This document shows, piece after piece, positions 1 through 12,100 of a stretch of 64,000 bases of DNA. The notes beneath the pieces were generated by a model. That model was given only the letters and a program-made list of their open reading frames with translations, did not search any database and was not told where the DNA came from. Both the position numbers and the translations under genes were made by a program. The DNA is from Candidatus Scatovivens sp. GTDB taxonomy: Bacteria > Bacillota > Clostridia > TANB77 > CAG-508. The DNA lies in the NCBI GenBank assembly GCA_045646345.1, contig JAZRKN010000015.1:128001-192000 (forward strand), in the 5' to 3' direction. How positions within the stretch are numbered: the first letter of the stretch is position 1; the number at the start of each line of letters is the position of its first letter.

Positions 1-43
1 TCTTTAAAGAATATATATTCAAAATAATAAAGTTTATACCTAT

Positions 44-80
44 AAAAAAACACAAATAGAATAATCTATTTGTGCTTCTT
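44..80 (-). terminator. Intrinsic terminator after DUF4116-like gene
   Basis: CACAAATAGA-ataa-TCTATTTGTG hairpin (51-74) with A-run at 44-50 (U-tract on minus strand). Confidence 0.7.
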
Positions 81-81
81 T

Positions 82-612
82 TTATTCTTCTATTAATGCT
101 TTTAAATCTTGATCTTCTTGAAGTCTTGGTGAAATATATTCCCAAACTTTTTTCTTAGCTTTACCCACAGCCGCAAGAGCAATATCTTTATCATCTCTCA
201 TCTTAAAACTAGCATATTTTAAAATAATCGGCTTTTGAGAAACTGCCGCTAAAACAACATCTTTATCATCTCTAAGTTCTTGACTTGCAAAATATAAAGC
301 TTGCCCATCAACTTTAGATGCTGCCAGTAAAACATCTTTATCTCCTTTTAATTTTTCACTAGCATAGCAACAAGTCCAACCAGCTTGAGAAACAGATTTC
401 AAAATAACATCTTTATCATTTTTTAATCTATCACTTGCAAATTCTAAAGCCCCTCCATCAATAGCTACAGCTTTTAATAAAATTTCTTTATCGTCTTTAA
501 TTTCCTCATTTGCCCATTCAATTAATGATGGATTTTCTAAAACTACTTTTGAAAAATATTCTTTATCATTTGTTCTTTCTCTAGCTTCAATTACTTCTGG
601 ACTATCTGCCAT
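82..612 (-). CDS. DUF4116-like repeat protein
   Basis: ~25-aa repeats of D(K/D)(E/D)(V/I)L.AV..DG.AL.(F/Y)AS..L, typical of DUF4116; AGGAG RBS. Confidence 0.75.
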   Translation of the reverse strand: MADSPEVIEARERTNDKEYFSKVVLENPSLIEWANEEIKDDKEILLKAVAIDGGALEFASDRLKNDKDVILKSVSQAGWTCCYASEKLKGDKDVLLAASKVDGQALYFASQELRDDKDVVLAAVSQKPIILKYASFKMRDDKDIALAAVGKAKKKVWEYISPRLQEDQDLKALIEE

Positions 613-628
613 TTTTCTCTCCTATAAT

Positions 629-1240
629 TTAAAAATAAAAATCTGATTTTTTTTCATATTTTTCTCTTACTAGTTTTCTGTCTAGCATTCTCTTCTTTAG
701 TTTACTATCATAATATATAATTCCAACTAACATTATTATACAAAAACTAAAAAAGATCTTATTTTTTAGAAGTTTCATTACTAAACCAAACCTTGGCATT
801 GTATATACTACTTTTCCGATTATATTGCCATATTTAACAATTTCCTCATCATTAACTTCATTATTATCACCTTTAGTGATAAACGCCTTTTGTAAATCAG
901 TATTTATAGTTTCTGAAATTCTGTGAGTTATAATTTCACCTTTTGCATTTTTAAATGTTATTATATTTCCTACTTTATATTCTTTATTTTCATAGCCTTT
1001 TTTTACTATTATAATATCATTTATATTAAGTCTCGGAGACATACTTTCTGATGTTACCGTATAAATTTCTATATTTAAAGAACTAGGAAATATTCCTGAA
1101 TTCCCTAGTTCTAATAATATTACTAATAAACTAAATAAAATTGTAGGAATCAACATTATATATAGCATTATAATTAAAATCTTTTTTATCTTTTGATTTC
1201 GTTTTATATTTTTAGATATAACATCTGATTCATATCTCAT
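629..1240 (-). CDS. sipW: Signal peptidase I, SipW/S26B type (copy 1)
   Basis: N-terminal TM, TSESMSP (Ser), DIIIV, ITHRI (His), TKGDNN..D, IIGKV, C-terminal TM. Confidence 0.85.
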   Translation of the reverse strand: MRYESDVISKNIKRNQKIKKILIIMLYIMLIPTILFSLLVILLELGNSGIFPSSLNIEIYTVTSESMSPRLNINDIIIVKKGYENKEYKVGNIITFKNAKGEIITHRISETINTDLQKAFITKGDNNEVNDEEIVKYGNIIGKVVYTMPRFGLVMKLLKNKIFFSFCIIMLVGIIYYDSKLKKRMLDRKLVREKYEKKSDFYF

Positions 1241-1253
1241 ATTTAATCACCTA

Positions 1254-2867
1254 TTAATTTTTATTTTTCATAATTGCAGGTTTCATTTTTTCAACAAAAG
1301 CTATGTCTTCTAAATTCAATCCACTTCTATTAATATTGTGATAATTAACTATTTTTCCAACATCTTCTATTAAACTTTCAATATTTTCTGGTTCTAAATG
1401 CTCTTTTTCTATATTGATATTTAATATTTTATATCTATTTGCGATTATTGATGTGATATCAGGTTCTTCTGCAAGTTTTATATTATTAAGCATTACTTTA
1501 TATGGTTGATTTATAAAATCAATCAAATCTTGAAGCTCTTTTGTTACATCCATTTCCATATCATCTGCATATTTTTCTTTTATTAATTTATAAGCATATG
1601 AATAGAATGAAACAGCAATTTTAAACATGTATTTTATTGAACAATTATCATCAACAAACTCTGCAATTCTTAAATTTACAGCTTCTTCATCTAATTCCAA
1701 ATACATTTTTTGTAATTCTTTTATTTGAGTATTAGAAGATACTGGAAATTCATATATTTTACGTTCTAATTTCTTTTTAAAGAATCTAAATAAAGGATTG
1801 CTTGTTTGTTTTATCATCGCAAGATGTTTTTTATTTTCTTTTAATAAAGCTTGTTCTTTTTTTCTTAACTCTTTATTTTTCTTATCATAAGCATCTTTAA
1901 ATGCATCTTTATTTTTTTGTTTTTCTTTTAAATTTTCTATAATATATTGATATCTTACAAATACACTATATTCTTCAAGAGTATTCAATAATTTACCAAA
2001 ATTTTTATTAATTTCTTCTTGTTTTTCTGGTGTTTCATCAAAATATTTTCCAACATATAATCTGTCGTAAAGAACGCTCATTTCTTTTTCACTAAAATCT
2101 TTGATTTTCCACTCATCATTCAAGAATTTTCCTAATATTTCTTTGCCATCTTTTCTTCTTGCTTTTATTAAATCTTTATTTAATTCAAAGAATGTTTTAA
2201 CAAAACCATTCTTATCTAGTTGCATTGCATTCAATACTTTAGAATTTCTATCATTTAATTCTTTTTCTATTTTTTTAGAATTAATATAATATAAATATCT
2301 CATATTTAATTCTATATGTATAACAATATCAGGACATTGCCAATATATTTTCTCAAAAGTCTTTTTAAGTTTTTCTGAATTAAAATTACCGTTTTCTAGT
2401 TCCTCCATAAATACACTAATATATTCATTAGTGTATTGGCTGTAATTAAAATCATCTTTTGTTAAAATAATTCCAAAATCTTTAAATTTATCTAAAAACA
2501 ATTTTATATTGTTATTTACTAAACTTAAATCTCCCTCAAAGAAACTACTTAAACTATGAGCAATTCTATCAATTCCTAATTTTTCAAATGGTGTATTTAA
2601 TTCATTTAATACTTCTATATTTTCAAAACCTTTAATAGTTTTCTCAAGCTCAGCAATTTTGGTATCTTCTCTAACATCAGTTATTCTTTCATATCTGTCT
2701 TGAATTTCATTCCAAACTACTTTTCTAATTTTTAACGCAGCTTCTTCAAATTCTTGAACTTTTTCAACATATTTACTTTTGTTTTTCTTTGTGTTTATTG
2801 GCAAAACACTTAATACGTCTTTATTACTTGATATATATTTATCAAATTCCACTAATATATCGTTCAT
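1254..2867 (-). CDS. Hypothetical alpha-helical/coiled-coil cytoplasmic protein
   Basis: 537-aa ORF with host codon usage and a K/E-rich coiled-coil centre; tightly coupled to neighbours. Confidence 0.7.
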   Translation of the reverse strand: MNDILVEFDKYISSNKDVLSVLPINTKKNKSKYVEKVQEFEEAALKIRKVVWNEIQDRYERITDVREDTKIAELEKTIKGFENIEVLNELNTPFEKLGIDRIAHSLSSFFEGDLSLVNNNIKLFLDKFKDFGIILTKDDFNYSQYTNEYISVFMEELENGNFNSEKLKKTFEKIYWQCPDIVIHIELNMRYLYYINSKKIEKELNDRNSKVLNAMQLDKNGFVKTFFELNKDLIKARRKDGKEILGKFLNDEWKIKDFSEKEMSVLYDRLYVGKYFDETPEKQEEINKNFGKLLNTLEEYSVFVRYQYIIENLKEKQKNKDAFKDAYDKKNKELRKKEQALLKENKKHLAMIKQTSNPLFRFFKKKLERKIYEFPVSSNTQIKELQKMYLELDEEAVNLRIAEFVDDNCSIKYMFKIAVSFYSYAYKLIKEKYADDMEMDVTKELQDLIDFINQPYKVMLNNIKLAEEPDITSIIANRYKILNINIEKEHLEPENIESLIEDVGKIVNYHNINRSGLNLEDIAFVEKMKPAIMKNKN

Positions 2868-2990
2868 TTATGCTTCCGTACCTTTCATACTTTTTTCTTT
2901 TTCTAAATAAGCTATATAATCTTCTACTTTCTTATATAACTCCATTAGATCTTCGTTGCTTAATTTCGATAATTCAAAATCTTTTTCCAT
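2868..2990 (-). CDS. Small 40-aa helical protein (absent from ORF track)
   Basis: MEKDFELSKLSNEDLMELYKKVEDYIAYLEKEKSMKGTEA*; GAAAGGA RBS; stop codon directly abuts the ATG of the 537-aa gene. Confidence 0.7.
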   Translation of the reverse strand: MEKDFELSKLSNEDLMELYKKVEDYIAYLEKEKSMKGTEA

Positions 2991-3113
2991 TGTACAAATT
3001 TCCTTTCAAGAAATCATCCTACTATTATATTCAATATTATATATTAATCATAATCTCAAGTCTATATCTTTTTTATAATATTTTTTTACTTTTTGTTTAC
3101 AATTTATAGATTC

Positions 3114-3135
3114 AAGGGGAAGTTTTCTTCCCCTT
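3114..3135 (-). terminator. Hairpin after giant adhesin gene
   Basis: AAGGGGAAG-tttt-CTTCCCCTT inverted repeat. Confidence 0.6.
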
Positions 3136-3144
3136 AGATCTTTA

Positions 3145-6100
3145 TTACTTAATTATTATATAAGAGAATGTATCTCCAATGTACATATATTCTGTTATAT
3201 CAAATGGTATTTGCGTTGATTCTCCTTTATCATTTGTTTCTTCTTTATAAACAATCTCATCACTTGCATCGTATAATGTGAACACTACTTTGTAAGTTCC
3301 TGATTTCAAATCTTGTTTTAACGTATAGTCTGCATTTAAAGTAATTGAAATTGTATTATCAATTACTGCTGCTTTTATCGTTTGAGTATCAATAGCTGTA
3401 TATTCTTTTTCAAATTGTTTTATTGAATCTAAAAATTCTTGATATTCTTCATCATATACTTGATTTACTTCAACAGGAAGTTCTAGTTCATTAGTTACGT
3501 ATTCTGTCAAATCAACTTTTTCATAATCATTTTGATATGGATTATTCATTGATTCATCATATTCTCTTCTATATAGAGCAACTGTTATATATGGATTATT
3601 TAAACCAGATAAATATTCAATATCAAAGTTAAGCATATTATTACCCACTTCATTCATTTTTCCTGTTGCTGCATCTAATGTATATCCAGTTGCTTTATCT
3701 ATAATAACTTGTTCTACTGGAAGTGTTGAGTTTAATCCATATACATCATTGATTAATTCTAAGCTTACCCAAGTTGTTGCAGAAGCTTCAACTCCATAAT
3801 AAATACCATCAGCAGAACCAAAACTTTCTATCTTAATTTGATATTCACCTGTTGCCAGAGCACTGTTTTCAGTTCCTATTTTTATTGATGATGATGCATT
3901 TGAAACAAGTTCTGCAATTTTTATTCTAGTCGTTCCATCGGCTCTCGGATAATATTTTTCATTATTTAACTCAAAATATGTACCAAGCAAGTTAGCTCCA
4001 TTTACAACCTCATACTCATCTGTAACGTCATTTTTCTTATAAAATGTTAATTTTACACCAAGTTTTTTATCAAAATATCTTGTATCGTAAATTGTAACAG
4101 ATTGTTCACCTTTTTTAACATCATATACTGTATTTACCTTTAATAAAACATCATTTCCTAAAAACACCCTCGATTTACTCAAAGACGCATTTACATCTAT
4201 TGTTGATTCATCATCATAAATACCATAAACAATACTGTCAATTTGATCATCTAATAATCCAAATAATATTTCTTCTCTTCCATCAATCGTTGCTTTCAAG
4301 TACATCCTAAAATGCTGATCTTTAACAATTGCCGTTTGCCCCTCTGGGAGTTCTGGGAATTCAGCATTTTCAAAGTTAGCAATAAATATAAAGTTTTCAT
4401 ATTCATAATCCAGATTATTTTCTGTTATATGATAATTTTCCCTTACACTTTTTTCATTAAATTTTTCATTTGAACTTCCCATTACTTTAAATTCATCTAA
4501 TCTAAATTCAACTCTTCCATACTCATCATCAGTTATATCTAAATAATAGTAAGCAGGATTATTTTTATCCCATCTGTCAATCATTGTAATTGTTGTTCCT
4601 ATTGGGAATGGATATTCAGTTGTTATTACTCTATAAGAATCATCATAGTAATTTCTAATATTTTCTATTTGAGAAAAGTTTTCTTGTGCAAACTCAAAAT
4701 ATGTTGAAAAACTACTCTCTGTTGTAATGTTTGTTACTGTGTTAGCAAATAAATCATAATGTGTACCTGGAGCAATAGCACCGTTGTAACCGGTATCGTC
4801 ATATACTTCTGATAATAAAATTGCATCTATAATTATCCTTGCACTACCACGATTTAACGCATCTCTCCAATAAGATAATCCCATATTAAATTGCACCGTT
4901 CCAAGTTCTTTCGCTTCTGTAATGTTGTTTGAGTGATATAAGAAAAATACGAAAGCTGGTGTTGTTTTTAAGTTTTCAATAATATATTTATTGGTTCCAT
5001 CATAAGAAGTATTATTTGTATGATTTATATCTGTAATAGCATCAGCATAAACATCAGTATTACCACTCATACTCCAACCAGAAGTACTGGTTTTCATCGT
5101 TAATCCAAAATTATTATTAGCAGCTCTTTGATCTGTATTAATATTTGGAATATCATTTTTATTATATAACCCTACTCCATTTACTAATGAAGCGTCTACA
5201 CCTGTAAGTGTTAATACAGCATTCTCATAAGAAATACCTAATAATGACAATTCTTTTGTACCAAATGTTGAGTGTTTAGATGCTGTTAAAATAAATGAAT
5301 AATAAAATACTTCATCATCTGGTCCAGCATACCACATATAATAAACGTCATCTTTTGGTGTTGGAGTTATATAACTTGTATAAGAAGTAGGACTAAAAGA
5401 TGCATAATTTTCTGCATTTAAGATATCATCTTCATCTAATTCAACACCCATTTTTTCATATACAGTATAGAATCCATCTTTAGTAATATCTTGCTCAGGA
5501 TTTCTTTCGTGCAATCCTAATACATATGAACGGTTAAAGTCTCTTTCATTCCAACTTAATGTTCCTCCAGTAGTATAACTTGGATCATACATACCCATGT
5601 AAACGCTATTAGCATCATTTCCCGGTTGTCCTTCTCCACCATCACTACTTCTAAAGATTCCAAAGAAAGTCATTCCTTTAACATCACCATATTTTGATGT
5701 TACTTCTTCGTCATCTGATATATTTAAATTTCTACCAGAATACATATAAATTCTATTATCTGTATTTCTATTTATTGTTGTTGCATTTTGAATTGTTGCA
5801 ATCTTTGTTATTTCTATATCTTCACCAATACCTGTTGTATTTGGTTCGAAAATAGCTCCATTTGAAACATAATATTCAAGATTTCCACGTCCATCATAAA
5901 TCTTTCCGTTTATAACTTGATATGATGTTCCGTTTTCTCCAACAACTGTATCAATAATTTGTGCAGTTGCATATTCTTCATTACCGTCTTCTCCAACCAT
6001 ACTTGAATAATGAGCTAGCAAGTTAGCACCATTTACTAAATATAGTGTTGTATTATTTTTAGATTTCAAATGTGTAATACGGTTTAATGCAAATAATCCT

Positions 6101-9100
6101 TCTGGGTGGGCTGATGTACTATCTGTTGTACCATTTAATAGTATAGAAGCATTATCCATAACTACATTTGTTGCCCTTTGGATAGAAATTCCTCTTTTTG
6201 GTACTTCTCTAGTTCCATAGTTTCTAATATTTATATCACCATTAGTATTAGCACTAGATGCGTTACCAGAACCAAATACACTTTCATAGAAATTAAATGT
6301 ATTAGTATCTGTTGCTGAAGTTTCATATCCTTCACCATCTATATTTATAAGAATTGTTTTTGTAACACTTATTGTATCATAGTTGAATTCTTTTGTAGGG
6401 TCCATTTGCTCACCACCACCAAAGATAGTTCCACCAATATCAACTTTTCCTCTTACAAAGCTTCTTGCAGCTTGATTAGTAGATGCATAATAATCATTTA
6501 TCGCTTCTAAACCTATATTGATTACTGTACTACCGTATATAACTGATGAATTCGCTCCACCATATACATTTTCTCCAATCACAGCACCAGCAATATCTAC
6601 GATTACTAAAGCATCTCCTGTTTCTTTTCCTGTTGCCCCATCTATGTATTTATTTCCTGTTTCAGCAGCATTACCACCACCAAAAGCACTTTTTGCTATA
6701 GTTGTATTTCCATCAACACCTAGGTAAGATGAAATATCAACTAAAGCTGTAACACCGTTTCCAGCAGCATAAGCATTTCCACCTATATTTCCTGATGAAA
6801 TATATAATGAAGTTGCACCTTTTACTGGTCCATTATCTCCTCCACCATAGATGTCATCACCTGTTGAACTATTTCCATAAAAATCAACTTGAGTATTAGC
6901 ACCTACTTCTGCTGTTATACCTTCTCCTGCTCCAAATACTCTGTTTTGAATTACAGAATTGTTACTTATTTCAACGCTACAAGAACCTTTTACTTGTCCT
7001 GGTAGTGTTGCATCAGCACTTCCGTCAGCACCTTTACCACCACCATATACACTATTTTCTATTGTAGAATCTTCAATTTCAACAACAGTTCCATATTCTA
7101 CTTCTCCGTACTCTCCACCACCATATACGTTTTGAGCTTGAGTTTTATTTTGTATAATAACTGTAGTTCCATTTACATTAGCAGCTCTACCACCACCATA
7201 TACCGAACCACCAATATCAGATGTAATTGTTTGATTTGTGTTATCTACAGTATCTGAAATCGTTACCGAAGTGCTCTCCGTAACTTCACCTTGGTTTCCT
7301 CCACCATAGATATTTTTATCTATAATAGTTCCTAAAGCTGAAATAGCAGTTGTTCCATCAACATTTCCTGCATTACCACCACCATAAATAGAAAATGCAC
7401 TAGAATTTTCTACAGCTATACTTGTGTTTCCACCCAAATCAGCTTGGTTTCCTCCACCAAATATATTGTTAGTAATTGTTGATGAATTTAGTATTGAAAT
7501 TACAGACCCTCCAGATACTAAACCTCTATCACCACCACCAAATACATTTCCATTTGTAGCAGGTGTTTCTGCATCCATATTTTCTTTATCACCAATAACA
7601 TTAGATCCATCTATTGTTACAAAAGTAATATTTGATACAGTTGCCGGCTCACCTTTACCACCACCAAATACGTTTTGGGCTTGTGAACCTGCTAACATAT
7701 ATACATCTGTGCTCTTATTGTTTACATTTCCGATTACGGCACCGTTTTCTCCACCACCGTAAATGTTATTTGTTACAATCGAATTTTCTATATTGATATC
7801 TGTTGTAGCAACGCTAGCTTCTTTTCCTCCACCATATAAAGAATCGTTGATGTTTGAATTTGTTACATTAACAATTGTATTTCCAGTTACTTGCCCTTGG
7901 CTTCCACCACCATAAGCAGAACCCGTTATAGTAGAACCGATAACATCCAAAAGTGTATTTCCGTTAATTTGTGCTTCTGTTCCTAATCCTCCACCAAAAG
8001 CATTTCCAATTATTGCATTATTTTTTACATAAACAAATGTAGCTTGTAATTGACCTGATTCATTAGAACCACCATATAAATTACCTACTGTACCACCATT
8101 AACTGTTATTTTTCTTGGCACTTGTGCATTGGTTCCTGCAATTCCTGCTTGATTTCCACCATTAAATGCATTTACAACATTTGCATTACTAAATATGTCT
8201 ACTTGTACACCATTTGAATTAGTTGTTACTGCAGCTCGGTTACCTGATCCAAACACATTGTCAACTGTAGTTGGATACGTTTTTCCAATTTCAACAAGAA
8301 TTTTTCCACTTATATCTCCATTTACGTTACAACCACCAAATACAGATATTCCTGGATATGTTCCACCATCTACAATTACAGTTGTATCACCATTCGTAGT
8401 AGCAGGATCATTTTCTGCTCCCTTACCACCACCATATATATTTCCTGTAATTAAAATTGTATTCGCTGGCGATACTGAATCCGATACTGTTATTTTAGAA
8501 TCTCCTGAAACAGTTCCAGCTTCGCTTCCTCCATAAATATTTCCATTTAAAACAATAGTCCCATTTGAGTCTGTTATATTTATTGTAGCATCACCATTAA
8601 CAGAAGTTGAGTTTCCTAAACCACCACCGAAAATAACATCTTCTGAGAAATCTCCTGTAGCACCTATTGTTCCACCATTTATATAAATATATGTATCTTG
8701 TGTTATATCTCCATCTTGATTAGATCCACCATATATTGCACCATTTATTGTTCCTGCATATGTTTTAACAGTTGAAGAACCTACAATATCACTTTGATTT
8801 GAACCACCATAAATATTTTTATTTACTTTTCCACCATGCATTTCAATTGTTACAGCGGTTACTTCTTCTTGTTCTTCATCATCCGGCTTTTCTATTTCAA
8901 CAGCTTTTAAAAATCTAAATGATGTAGCATTAGAAGTACTTGTAGTTGTTCCTGTTATTGTTGATCCATTTATTCTGAGATATCTATTAGAACCATTTCT
9001 TACAAAATAAAATCTTATTCCGTTATTAACTACTGATGCAGTAAAAGTTCTCGAATTTCCTGATAATGTAAGGTTATTTCTATCATTATTTAAATATCTC

Positions 9101-12100
9101 TGTTGTCCAATATTATAAAAAGAATACTCATTCCCATTTTTGGTTACTCTCCATAAGTTATTATTAGTTGGCATTTGAGTATTAGATAAATATGATCCTG
9201 TTAACGTACCATTATTTACATTGAATATTCTAGAAGAATTTGGCGTAGTTCCATTAGCAATAATATATACTTCTCCAGACACAATATTATTTGTATGATC
9301 TTCAAAAGTACACACTGGCTCTCCATTATCATCGTCATCATCATTTGCAGATGAATTTACAACCCCATAATTTCCACCACCATATACAGAATTGTTTATA
9401 GTTGCATTTCCATCTATAATTATATGTGAAGATAAAACTCTTCCTGCAATTCCCATAAGTCGTGGATCATCATTTCCGTTTCCAGCACCTAATACGCATC
9501 CTGCTTCTGTTCCATATAGCGTAGCAACCCCTTGAGCATTTCGATCAGCATTATTGGTTAGTGTATCTTCTGCTCCAATTACAGCGTTTCCTCCAATATA
9601 TAGTTTTGTACTTCCATTTAGAGTACCGTTATCACTTGTTGTCGAAGCAACACCATTAGACCCTCCATTGACGCTATATAATATCGTTCCATCTGTAACT
9701 TGTATTACTCTATTTCCATAAGTTGGAGATCTACCCGCACCACCAACAATATTTACTATAGTTCCACCTTTTATGTATATAAATGATCTAGCATCATCAC
9801 CATCATACGATGCAAGTCCACCAATTACGTTGCAAATTAATCCACCTTCAACAGTTAAAATTCTATCACCATTGTCATGAGCCCCAGTAGATCCATGACC
9901 ACCTACATATATTCCAGAATATGGTTTATTATCATCTGTATCTTTAAAACAATCAAGACCAATTCTTCCACTTTTTACTCTCATATCAAATATAGGAACC
10001 CCAGCATATAAGGTATCAAGGGTTGCAGCACCTGTTCTTGAAGAGAATTTTGTATATATATTTAAATCATCATTCTTATTTCTAACTCTATCAAAATCAT
10101 TTCCAATAATAGCTGTTGCTGCTATTTTATGCCCAGTAAACGATCCAGCTCTCGCTACTTGTACATTCAAATATTTTCCAGTTTCTATAACTAATCTATA
10201 TTCTGCATTAGCATTACCAGAAGCACCTCCTTGGATTTGTGTAAATGTTGCTTCTGTTTCATCTGTATTATCAGGCATCATTCCTCTACCAATTCTAAAA
10301 TTAAATGCATTAGCTTTTACCCAAGTTCCTAAATCTGCCGTAGCACTTTCGTGATCAGTATTCCATCCCATACCAGAATTATTATTGTAATTTGCTGGTC
10401 CATCAACTGTTAAAAACGCTAATTGAGCATCTTGTTTTAAAGTAATTGTAGAACTAACTTGAAATGTTGCATTTTCTCTATAATCTTGGCCACCATATAT
10501 ACTTGTAATTGTATAAGCCGAATTAGCAGTTTCATATAGGTTTGATAAAGTTCCGTTCTTAAGAACAATTATATTTAACTCTCTATCAGATGCTGTATCT
10601 GTTTCTTCATTGTATGCTGCAGCTAATCTAGAATTAATTCCAACCCAGTTATTTACTGGAGTTGTCATACTTCCATCATTTGTTTGCGCACCTGCAGTTG
10701 TATCAACAAATATAACATTTGCATCTTGCCAATCCGCATATAAGTTAATTGTTACTTTTCTATCTGCTCCTACGTTTGTCGATACAGTTTGAACATATGT
10801 CTTTGCATTCGTTGTAATTGTATGGGTTGCATCAGTATCTGCTGAAAGCCAACCATTAAATCCTGCTCCTCCTGGTCTATCCATATATGGATTATCTATT
10901 AATTCTACTGATACTTTACCTCCAGAAATTGGAACTGCGTGAGTATAAGTCATTAATGTTTGTCTTTCTCCATTACTCGTTGCTGTTGGCTGTATCGTTG
11001 ATATGTATCCAATTAATAATCTTTCTGTTCCTGTAACCTTAAAACCATAAGTATTAATTCCTGAAAAAGTTGCTACAGTACCTGTTCCAGTATATGCCAA
11101 ATCGATATCTAATGTATATTTTTTATAAGTATTTTGTGTCCAAGAATTCCAATTGTTTCCAGTTACAGTCACTATTTGAGTAGTAGCATTATACGTAATC
11201 GTTATATCGTTATTAGTTGTATCATTAGCAGTTGCTGTTGCATTAAATCTATCTGGAACTGGAGCTTTAAATTGCATAGTCCAAGGTTTTGTTGTGTCAA
11301 CATATTGATCATTTCCAAAAGTTGCTGCTATATCTAGATTTACAATTCTATTTCCTCCAGCTGAACCTGCATCACTTCTTGTCCAAGAAACAGTACTTGT
11401 TTCAATTTGATTCATTTCTGTTTTATTTGTGTTATAACTATAGTAATTTACAGTTACTTCTGCCATATCATTCTCTGTATATGGTGTTTTTCTTCCGTCA
11501 AAGTCTTCTGTATAATTCAATCCCATATAATAATTATAATCATTATCATAATTATTAACTAAAACTTTATTTGGAGTAATTTCATCTTCTTTTATAACTG
11601 CATAACGTGAAAACTCATTTGTTACACATTCAACTGTATCTATTGTTTTATTTGATACGTTTATTTTTTCAAATAAAATTTCATCTTCACTTTCATTAAT
11701 GTGTAATACTTCAATAGATTTCCCTATTAAGTTATCTTTGAATTTTTCTACTGAAGTTATTGCAACATTTACAGTTTGATAATAATCTTTTGGTTGATAT
11801 TCCAATTCACCATTTAGAATTTTTATATCATATGCAGCTAAAACTGTCGTATCTTTTAATTCTTCAACATCTGCTTTTAACTCTTCAATTTCATTAATAT
11901 CTTCTGCTTTTACATTTAAACCGTATCCAACAGGTACATATCCAGTTACTACAATTTTTGCTTCAGCTGATTCTGAAACTAATTCTTGATTGTATAGTTT
12001 TACACCATTAATCTCTATTGTTTGATATTCTGCCAAAACGTTTAAATCTTCTTTTTCAAGTTGTTCTTCAGTTAAATAAACTTTATCTCCTGGTAAATAT

